A stretch of DNA of 58,692 nt, the filler included, from Sphacelaria rigidula (Eukaryota), in NCBI GenBank assembly GCA_964200075.2. It is 6 parts of 6 records of this genome, joined end to end, with 100 filler letters (N's around TTAATTAATTAA, not from the genome) between each part and the next. Parts side by side here need not be neighbours in the genome. Positions count along the whole stretch, not along the records: positions 19,601 to 29,298 come from CAXNAA020007939.1; positions 29,399 to 39,096 come from CAXNAA020007940.1; 4 more parts are not named here. The stretch is one strand, 5' to 3'. The position numbers and the translations under genes were made by a program. Every line of letters starts with the position of its first letter. The first letter of the stretch is position 1. Of the stretch, positions 23,901-34,500 are shown one piece after another. The notes beneath the pieces were generated by a model, which saw only the letters and a program-made list of their open reading frames with translations, had not been told where the DNA came from and made no database searches.

Positions 23901-25525
23901 CAGAAAGCCGACATGACGTCCGCGACCGTGACGAAGCGAGCACCGCTGACGGCGTCCAAACACGTATCCATGTTGGGCAAGGGCCAAGATTTACGGATTA
24001 GATCTTGTTGAGGATGTTACGATAATCCACGCATAATCTCGGTGAGCCATCCTTTTCGCGACTATACATGACGGGGAACCCCAAGCGGTAGGGCGCTCCT
24101 CAATGATTTTCCATTCGAGCCTATCTTTGACACATTTCTCGATGGCTTCGGCTGTACGGGGGTTGGAACGGTATGGTGGTTTGTCGACTGGAACAGTATT
24201 GTCCGGGACGGGAAAAGTGGCTTCCGCCACGGTGCAAGTACCAAGCTCTTGCATAGACAATGGAAACACTGGCCGAAATTCAGCACACACATCACGAACA
24301 CTGTTCTGCTGTTCTACTGTGAAGGTAGAATCGTTGAAAACAGAAGATAGGGGTTCTTGGAGATCATCCTTCGCTTTTCGCAACTCGACGGAAGTGGAGG
24401 GACTTTTGGCCACTGCATTCACGTGCAGCTGAGCAGGATCGACTACAGTGACAGTGTACAGGGTACCAAGAACCAAGCCTATGGGTAACGACATGGCTTC
24501 AGACGATGTGTTCGCAACTTGCACCACGAGAGAACCACTTACTGCTGACCAGTGGGACAAGGTACGTGCAACTATCAACCACTCGAAAACGACGGGACGG
24601 TCTACTCTAGACATTTCATATGCGGTGACTAAACGAGGTTCCACAACGACAGTACAGTCACGGAGTGGACGACAGTCCGTAAATGCTAGAAGGAGTGCTT
24701 CGTGAGGAGGTTCGACAGTAACACGCTCTAGCAAAGTGACAGATACTTGTGGAGAATCAACATGTACTGCTGCTACAGTGGACTGTGTTTTGCTTGAAGA
24801 TGGGGCCGACTATTGACTACGGTGTACTGCGGGAATAGTTTGACTTTCCTTTGAAGAAGACAAGAGTTTGACTTGACCAGTCCAGAGTGGCGCCGAATCT
24901 GACATGCAGTTGTTGTCAAGCAGCAAGTTATTGGGACCGAACGGAGGAACAACAAGTGCTTCAACGCGACGAGTGACTTGACCAGGGGATGATGAAAACG
25001 CCACAAACCCAAGGACATTGATCGGCGAACCGTTTGCTGCACGGAGCGAGACGGCTGCCGGGGGTACGGGGACACCGGCAATTTCTGCAGCATGGGTGTG
25101 ACTTCAACCATGCGGCGGAACAAACTGAACAGTCAGTTGCCGTGTCTACAGTAATGTCTTGAACCTGAACTGTGCCTATCGATCTTGAGATGCGAACGCG
25201 TCTTGAGGAAAAAGCAAGTGACAACGGCCCACGCTGTGTACACAGCGTGGAGGTGTACCAAAGTGTGTGCGTATCATTTTTACTGACTGGATCGGGCGCG
25301 GACGGCGCGGATGAGGGTGTCATGGAAAGGCGTGACAGGCAGAGCTACTGTACCAGTTTTTGATTTTTTCCGAGGTGGACGGGACGGAACATCTGGTGTG
25401 ACTGTAGCAACCGATGATACATGAGACGAGTCAGGTGCGACAGGGTGACGTGCCTTTTCGGCAAGAGTGATTGAAGTACCGGAACCAACTGTAGGGACAA
25501 CTACACCATGACACGAATCGGACAA
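20995..25525 (-). mobile_element. Decayed Ty3/gypsy LTR retrotransposon (PR-RT-RH-INT-chromodomain-like); gag largely missing
   Basis: Protease VDTATDCSV (about 25140); RT DVMSAFWQ..KTAFTTPSG..RMPFG..YFDDIL (23654-23990); RNase H VHTDASG (about 23270); integrase GGH...SCQHRK, VAVDLV, DHLTRF, LHSDLGREF, YRPQGNSVLERVH (22000-22700); chromodomain-like tail (about 21400-21570). INT after RH gives gypsy order. Candidate PPT and LTR start (minus-strand TGATAC) near 21015-20990. Confidence 0.93.
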
Positions 25526-26103
25526 ATAAACACACTGACGGGATACGGACGAAATACGTGATTTACGCCGCCGGACGTCCCTACTAGCTACTAATTGCTA
25601 CTTGGGGGGGGTACTCCCCACCAGAGATAACGGCCTCCTGGCTGAACCCCTTCACTCGCTTTCAGGCTCTGCGTCGGAAGAAGGGGGAGTCGGGGCCGTG
25701 GGCGCCGATGCCGGCGCCGCCGCTGGTTTGGCCGCTCTCGCCTTTGGCTTGCCTGGAGACTTGTTCGCTGTCACTTTGCCTGTCTTTTTTTTTTTCGAGG
25801 AGGCGTCGCGTGAGTGGCAGCCTTTTTTCGTGCGCGTATTTTATCAGGGAGAAGTTTGTACGCGCGCGGGTCCTCGATGTCGACGCGGTCTAGACACTCA
25901 TTATAGAAATGAGTGTGTGGGCGCATCCTCTACTCTGTCACTCTGTGTCTCAACCCAAACCGACTTGCAAAGTCCGCCCTGTTCGAGTCCACGTCGCGGC
26001 TCCGCACATTCCGTACACTTTCACCGAGTGAGAAGCTACAACCTACACACACACACCGTTTGGGTAGGATAAGTCACCCTCACTGTCCGACTATGTCTTA
26101 TAT

Positions 26104-26438
26104 TGGTGTCTCACGGTAGGATGTCCAACCCTCACTCCGTAGCCGCTCCTCTCAACCACGGCTTGGATTTTGAGCCAGTTGACCCCGCCGACACTATGCC
26201 CAACTCCGGTGTCGAAGAGTCCAAGGGCGGCACCCCGGTGGATACTGTACAAGAACATGTTCCCCTTACCGCCGGCGCGGCAGCGGCAGCAGCTGAAGCA
26301 GCCGCGAACCCATCTCCTCAGACCGCATCAAGGACAGCTTGCGTGGAGAGCGCAGAGGAACATGCGTCGTGCAGGGCAGCCCCTATGCTTTGCCCACAGA
26401 CATGCTGCGAAGTACGCCACACTGCTGCAACGCATTAG
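26104..26438 (+). mobile_element. Possible 5' end of another LTR element: PBS-like site followed directly by a gag-like ATG
   Basis: TGGTGTCTCACGGTAGGAT is the reverse complement of a tRNA-shaped 3' end (ATC-CTACC-GTGAGAC-A-CCA). ATG at 26121 opens a Pro/Ala-rich ORF. No second LTR was found. Confidence 0.35.
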
Positions 26439-28229
26439 TACGCAGGACGGCGACTCAGTTGGGTTAGTTGCCCGTTTGGATCTCGATCGCCACGAGCACG
26501 CCATTCTTGTTACTTGTTGGTTTTGAACACGAACGCTCACGACCACCGCCAAAATGCGTGCCCAATTTACCCACAAACACACGAAAAGGTACTACATATT
26601 CAACTCAAAGGGCAATGGACACAAGAGGGTTGACAGGAAAGCAAAAAAATAAGGATAATCCCCCGGACCAGTGCAAGAGACGGGGTGTACCCTCATTCGC
26701 GTGTTTGCCAAAAAGGGGGTACATCACCACCTCAAGCGGGAGCCTGCTTTGTTGCTCATGAAATACCCCCTGTTTTGTTGACTTCTTTAATACTACTTTT
26801 TCATTACTTTTTTTGTTACGACTTGGTCTGCTATGTCGTTCTGTTTGACTTTCTTTTTTTTTTTCTGTTCCTTCTTTTCTTCAGGGCGCCTTTCAGTTTC
26901 GTTTTTGTTGGGTACGTCTGTCATGAGACCACGGCTGGACCCCTGGGGGGTCAGTCAAAGTGCGACAATCAATCCATCAAGTCGCATCAATTTGTCCTGA
27001 GTTTTTCGTCAACAATATAACTGTAAATGGTTCTGAAGGCACCAGAGAGGGCCTGCGGAAGAACGAACATTTTTGGGCGAGGAAACCTGGCGTCTAGCCT
27101 TTGAGCCCACTTGCCGAACCCTTTGCTCCGGTATGGTGTACCCCTCTTCGGTTAAAATTTGGGAATGTGTACCCTATTCTTGTCTTGCCAAATTAATAAT
27201 GTGGATTGACGATACCGGTGAGATGATGTGTGAGACGTCCTCGTCGACGGAGACCTGTGGTGACTGACCCAAGCCTCGGATAGAGAAGTTAGGATTTATA
27301 CACAATGAACATCTTTTGATATTCATTTTCGAAGCGGAGGTGAAACAAGCGAAAGTTGTGTATTTTTTCGTGTGGAAAAGAACAGGACAAAAATGAAACG
27401 AAACGGTATATATGCAATGTCAAGTTTTCAACGAAAAAAATATATACATTTTTCCGGTAAATGACCACCATCCCATACCCCGAAATCGAATTCGAGATTG
27501 GTCAATTTGTCGACAATTCGCCTAACCGCCTAACAGCAGATTTTTGAAGGGGATTTTTGACGCCGAGGCTATTCATACCTACGGCAAGCTGTCACATGAC
27601 CATCTTCGAAACGGTTCAGGACACATGAGAAAGACACGCGTGACGCCGGTCATGTGAAGAGCCTCGGTGATTGGTTGATGAACCTTGATTTATTGACTGA
27701 TGAACTGTCGCACTTGAACTGACCCCCCAGGGATCCAGCCGTGGTCACAAAACTCAAACACTGAAGAAAAAAAGAAAAAGAAGAGGTAAAACAGAACAAC
27801 ATAGAAGAAGACTACTACTTGAAAGAAAATGGATGTATCAGAAACAATAAATGAATAATGGCCGGCCTCTGCCACATGGCTCCGGCGGAAAAGGAAACGA
27901 TTGCGGCTCATCTACTACGACTGCTCTATTTAGGGTATGGACCCTCTCATCCGTGAACAAACACAATGTAGCGAGGTACAACTTTGCCAGATGGCATACA
28001 CCGACAGGAAATAACACTGGTGAACGTCTCCCTATCTCCGGTTCTACTGTGTCACTATCATTTCGGCACATTAGCCCCATCTCTCGAAGCCGCGATCACA
28101 GACGTGGGGTTGCATTTTTCGTATGATCACGACTCCTTACGTGAGATGGAAGCACTCATGTATCTCGTCTGTGTTTGACTATCTTGTCTGTCTCTGCCGC
28201 TTTCTCTTCGCGTGGCTTCCATGACCCAG

Positions 28230-28900
28230 CGCGCTTGAACATGGGAGCGAAGCTTGCCAAGCGTATTCTTGAACAGAAGGCAAACCACGGCATCGACGTC
28301 GTTATTCCAATTCCCGGTGAGTTAGCTGTCCAGTCTATGTTTGCGAGGAGCAAACGTCTTTGAGATGCTAGTTATGCTTTTTCGTGTGCTTTGATAAAGG
28401 TGTTAGCTGATATGCCTGTGTATATGTGTGTATGTAAATGTATGTATGTCGATGCGTATATGAGAAGATATTCATTGGTGGGCGGTGTCCGCGTGAAAGA
28501 GCCAGCCTTTGGGGAAAGGATGGAGTGGGCGTCGGCGTGAATCAAGATGATCTCTGTCAAATGCCTGCACTCCTTCGATTTTTTTTCTAGAATTTGTTGT
28601 TGTTGTTGGTTTTGCTTGATGTTATGTAACAAAACTTTCGTTATTAATTATGATGAGGATGATGATGGCGGTAATAATGATGATGATGATAATGGTCATG
28701 TATTTTTGTGACGCTTTCGCATGTATGCCTCTGCTTGTTTTCCACCCGAACCGTGCCTGCGTGCATGCATGCGCATATTCGCTGCGCGGGGGAAAATGAA
28801 TTTTCATTAAACGAAAACGAAAAGACACTGCTCGAACTTCGGCTCTGCAGTGCGCATACAAGCTCAACATCCCATTCCGAGAGGGCTTCATCAAGAATCG
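28230..28900 (+). CDS. purF: Amidophosphoribosyltransferase, two internal exons (partial gene)
   Basis: Exon 28230-28316 (RLNMGAKLAKRILEQKANHGIDVVIPIP) and exon 28825-28900 (DTARTSALQCAYKLNIPFREGFIKNR) splice in frame at AG/GT, phase 1. Together they give the conserved PurF stretch DVVIPIPDT.R...REGFIKNR. Confidence 0.92.
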
Positions 28901-30076
28901 GTAAGTTGGTATTATTATTATTATCATTATTTTTTCCGAACATTAGTCCGATGTCGCGAATCAGTGGTCACAGACGTAGGCTCGCCTTTCCAATACCGTC
29001 CTTGCTATTCCTTACTTGACACATTACCGAAAATAAAAAATAAGGAGAGAGACGCCACGAAAACCGGTGAGAAGTGGCTCCCCCGAGTTCAACGGGGAGA
29101 GAAAAGGGAGAAGGAAGGAAGAAAGAAAGAAACAAACAAACAAGAAACGCCAGATCTGTCAAAAGTGTACACCGAAAGAAAGGAAGAGAGAAGAAAATAA
29201 AGGACAAAGCAGGAAAAGACAGGTGATACAAGGAGATTAGTATGGCCACCATGTTAGGGTTCAACTCGAAAACAAAAAACAACCCCAGGCACCCTCATNN
29301 NNNNNNNNNNNNNNNNNNNNNNNNNNNNNNNNNNNNNNNNNNTTAATTAATTAANNNNNNNNNNNNNNNNNNNNNNNNNNNNNNNNNNNNNNNNNNNNCC
29401 ATCTTCCTTCTGCGGTGCTTGCCTTCATTTTTTATCGCGAGAGGGGTTCAGCAGTCCCTTTCCCTCGTCGACCGCCATGTATATTTTGTATATATGACCT
29501 TTGATCGCAACTGTACCGTCTGTGGCTCACAGACGACTTATTTGTCTTGATTTTCATATTTCCTCTGTTTCACAAGTCTGGGAACTCATGTTGGGAGAGA
29601 CCGTTAACGGTCTCCGAAGTCTTGGGCGATAACGTTTTCGAAATCTTGAGCGTTTTTTGGGTTGAAGCACATTTTTTTTGTCTTGCGCACTACCCTGCGT
29701 GGTCTAGCGGCCAACAAAAAAGTACTCAGGCCGAAAATGGCCGTATTTTGACCACTTTCCGCTGAGGGGAGGGGTGAGGGCACGATAAAAAAACAACACT
29801 TAAAACCCCAAGAATTATCCCCAGCCCTGAACCTAACCCCCCCTCTATCCAATGATCCATGTCGCATCCCCCTATACTAAAACCAGTATAATAGTGAAGC
29901 TACGCTAAAACCAAGACTCTTGGGGGGCAAGCCAACCAACAGTAGGCCCCCCTCTACTCAGCGCAAAGGGCCAAAATGGCCATATTTTGACTTCATTTTA
30001 GTATATACAACTAGCTTTTTTTCAAATTTGTTTCTTGCATCAGCTTCGTTGGCATTTTAACTTTCCAGAGAACCGG

Positions 30077-30372
30077 TCGCCCCGGTGGCTCAGTTGGTAA
30101 CCTCGTAACCTTCTGATGGTTGAGTAGGGGGCTNNNNNNNNNCACAAAATTCGACTTAACGGTCGACGAGGGAAAGGTACTGCAGAACCACTCTCACGAT
30201 AAAAATTAAAGGCAAGCACCGCAGAAGGAAGGTGGGGTATTCAAAATAAATGAAAAAGAAAAAGCTCTTGTGTTCACTATCCTCCTGTGTGACTCCGGCT
30301 GATGCTCCCACACATACCGAAAAGTGTAGACTGGTGCCCAGAATAAATGGGACGACAACACACACACACAAC
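30077..30372 (+). mobile_element. tRNA-derived SINE with (CA)n tail
   Basis: Head with box A TGGCTCAGTTGG (about 30086), a 9-N gap, then body ...GGTCGACGAGGGAAAGG...CCAGAATAAATGGGACGACAA(CA)n. Body or tail copies at 1-75 (+), 29399-29473 (-) and two tandem copies at 45242-45600 (-). Confidence 0.65.
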
Positions 30373-31559
30373 ACAACGAACCCAACTATAGGATGATCGG
30401 AATAGAGTGCATACTCGGAACAATTAAAAGTCCATAACTTCCCAGACTTGTGAAACAGCGGAAGTATATATTCCAGTATGGGACAATCGGAACAGAAACA
30501 AGTGTACTACCCGTGTATACATGTCATGACCTTCAGAGCTCAGTTGCACGCGGTGCGTGTTTGTATGATCACGAGGGGTTGCGACGTATCGGAAATCGTA
30601 CATGCGCCGAAGGGGGCAACCATCCTATATACAGTACCTAGAGTGGTAGCCCCTCCCTTCGTGAACCCCTTCCAACAAGAACGCGTTTGGGACACGAGGC
30701 CATCCCCCACGCAGCTCAAATCGCATACTGCAGCACACTACAGGAATGTGGAGTGACATCTGCATCATATCAAAGCCGTCAAAACGTGCGACGAGAAATC
30801 ACTCCGTCTGCATCGATGTACTACAACAGTAGAGGTGTCTCACACCTGTGGAGTGCACGATGCCCATAAGCGGTGCGCACGCGCGATCGCTGAGGCCGTG
30901 CCTTCCCCGTGTGGAATCCATCACGTCTCGTGCTTGCGTCACCTGTGGTAAAACAATACAGGATATCGTTGCAGATGCGGACAGTACGATGTATGTTACT
31001 TCTTGACCGGTCGAGGTAGAGGTGATTTTTGTATCCAGTGCGTTATCCCGCTCATCTCCACACATCACTTATCGATGAAGTGGTGACTGGCCGCTGTACC
31101 AGAGACCGTCTCATCGTCCGCAGTCTCTCAAGACCTCCGGCACTTCGTGCTCATTATGCAACCAGCGGCGAGCCAACACGACACAATACCGTGCAGATAG
31201 GTGCCCGTGGGTTTGGCGAACGGACCACTTCGCACGCTGGAACAGCATGATTTGCTCTTCTCTCCGTGTTGTGCAAATGAAACGACCTTGACCCGTCAAT
31301 CAACGGAGTAACGCTCCAACGACAGCGCCGCACAAACTTCGTCTCTGCGGGCTACCTTCATTTCTCCGAAATATGACAACTCACCAAATGTTTCGAAAGA
31401 TGCTTCGCAGATGGAGACTAATGTGATGAAGGTGGGGTGGACGAGTGTAGAGCACATCGGCGAAATTTGGCTCGTTGGAAAATGACACGCGGAACAGTCC
31501 CCTCCTGGTCAATCGAAAGAATAATTAGACCCCACCGGCGCCATGCTATCATGACCGAT

Positions 31560-34500
31560 GCGAAGGCTTGAAAATGATAATTGAAAATCCCCGTGTTTCC
31601 TTGGAAAATTCTCCGGGTGTCGCCGCTTGGCTCTCTTCTGGTGTGCCGGGAATCATGTCAACTGGCAACCTAGGCTGCCTTCTGAACAACAGAAAATACG
31701 GTGTCTCTTGTATTGTGTTATGATAAGAGGTGTTGTACGCCATTTGGACGAATGGAAGTATGGATGCCCACTTTTTGTTCCCGATTGACGTATGCATCGC
31801 TAACATCTTGTGCATAGTGGAGTGTGGACGCGTTCCGACACTGAGTTGCCTTGCGGACGTAGTGGGGTCGTACGTGTTTTATCGAAACCTAACTCCCTCT
31901 GCAGAGCGTGTATTAATTTGTTCTCAAAATCGACTCCCTGGTCGCTGTGGAGCTTCATTGGGATGCCAAATGTTGTAAAAACTCTGTCGATAAGGGTTTT
32001 GGCTATCGCCGTGGCTTGTTTATTCGGGACTGGAATGAGCAAAGCATAGCTTGTGAGGTGGTCCATTACCGTCAGTACGTATTTACATAATACTCCGGCG
32101 TTGGACATTGAAGCCGTTTTGTATTCAACCAGGTCAACCGACACTCGTTCATATGGCCTTTCTACCGGAACGTGTCCCATCGGCAATTTTTGCCGGTGGG
32201 GCGTCTTTCGGCGTTAGCAACTTTGACATTTTAAGCATCAATCCTTGATATCGCGGTTCATTGATGGCCAATAATACTTCGGTCGGATTTTGTCGTATGT
32301 TCGCTTGATTCCTAAGTGGCCTCCTGATAGTGCTTGGTCGTGGTACGCATGTAGCACCAAGCCTAGTAGGGTCTTAGGTAGCACAAGTTGGTCACAAACT
32401 GTGCTTCGTTTTTTCAGGTGTCCCGACAAGTAAGATTTGAATAAAATCCCGTCGTGTACTGAATAATGTGACATCAATGTGAGCGATTCTTTTTCTGGTA
32501 TCGGAGCATCTTTTCCCGTGATATATTCGATGTAGGGACCGTACTCTAGTGCTTGCTCTTCTCGCAATTTTTTGCGGTTGATTGACGTGAACACATTCGC
32601 TACGCTTACGTGTACTGATTTCACGGTGAACAACTCTCGATCACTTTGCACCGGTTTCAATTTTTCGAGCTTTTCAGCTGAAATCTGGAACTGATGTCGT
32701 GGCTTAGCTATTTGTAACTCAGGGTTTTCTGGGACGTTACGGCATATCGGCGCAAGCAACGGCTTGATTTCTGCTTCCTGTCGATTTTCAAACGCAAACA
32801 GCCGTGAGAGGGTGTCCGGTATAACATGAATTTTCCCCGGTTTATGTTTGACCGTGAAATCATACGATTGCAATGCAATCGCCCATCGGGTCAACATACT
32901 ACTTGTATCCTGCATCGCATACAAATATCGAAGAGCGGCATGGTCTGTTACACACGTAAAGTGCCGTCCCCAGAGGAAGACTCTGAAATGTTGGATCGCT
33001 AGTACGACCACGTAACATTCTTTCATGGTGGGCGAATAGCGGGCCTGGGCGTCGTTGAAACGTTGACTGAAGTATGCTACGATTGCCTCGTCTTCGCCTT
33101 TCCTTTGGGAAATGTAGGCCCCGGCCTCACGGTCTGAAGCATCAACGTTTATGAAGTCTTTCATGAAATCTGAAAAATGAAGGACGGGTGCCTCAGTCAT
33201 CAATTTTTGAATTTTCTTGAAGTCTTCATCATGTTCAGCATTCCAGAGTTTTGACACTTGTTTTGCCGCTCCTTTTTTTGTGAGATCTACCAGTGGTGCT
33301 ATGGTTGTAGCCAAGTCGGGTATGACTTTCCGTACGAAATTTGTCGTACCGAGTAATGATCTCAACTCTTTGATATTGGTTGGGTTTCGCCAAGTCGAGG
33401 ATAGCTTTTACTCTTTCATCACTCACTCTGATGCCACGGGCGGACAGTACATGGCCCAAGTATTTGACCTTCTTTGGACCAAATTGGATTTTTGTCGGCT
33501 TTAGTGTAAGGCCTGCTGTTTGCAGTGCTTTAAATGTGCTTTCTAGTAGGGTGTGATGACTCTCCCAGCTTGATGAACAACAAATTATGTTATCCATACA
33601 CACTAGTAAGCCACTCTTAGGTCCGAAGTGTGCAAATGCTAGTGCCATTATGCGTGAGAAGATGAAGGGTGAACACGCTGAACCAAATGGTAACCGGTTG
33701 AACACCCATTTCCCTCTTTGAGTTACAAACGCTGTTTTCTCTTTCTCGCTTTCCGCTACTGGTATCTGGCGGAACGCACTTTGTACATCGCAAACTGGTA
33801 TGAATTTCACCCCCGCTACTGTATCCGTGTGACTTTCGATAGCTGGCATGGACCATGATTTGCGACTCTAGTTTTTATTTATCGCTGCTCGATAATCTAC
33901 GCAAAATCGTGCTGTTCCGTCTGCTTTTTCGACTATTGTAACCGCTTATCCCCACGGGCTTGGGCGTTGTTCGACTGTACCATATTTTTCCCATTTGGTC
34001 GACGCATATGTCGATTGCGTCTTGCACTCTAGGGTTTGCTCTATATGGTGCTCGGTCTACCGGCTGAGTCCCAGGTTTGAGCGGAAAATGTGCTTCATCT
34101 AACGTACAACAGCCCAGCTCCTGCGGGTTAAGTGAAAACACAGAACAATATTTTGCGCAAAGATCCAGTATTTGAGAGCATTGTTCCGGGGGAAAAGTCG
34201 TATTTTCGAAAGCTTTGCGTGTAGCTGGACGTATTTCCTCTTTCGCATTTTCCCTCTCTGACACCTTATTTCCCGCCATTGCACTGGCTGTAGCTGGTTT
34301 TGTTTCTCGTACTGGGGTGATATAGCCTAAAACCGTATTACGTTTCAGGTTCATATGTCGATTCGATGGATTGGCGATTTGTACCATTGCCGTCTTATTT
34401 GTTGCAGACCATGTGCACACTGTCCCTGCAACGATGATGCGCGTGAACGCTTGGGGTACATCGGTTGATCGAATGTCTTCTTCGGTTATAATGCGTGGGT

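Noticed and set aside
30077..30133. Possible tRNA gene (also 58464-58545)
   Set aside because: Box A/B motifs are present but there is no convincing cloverleaf. Better explained as SINE heads.
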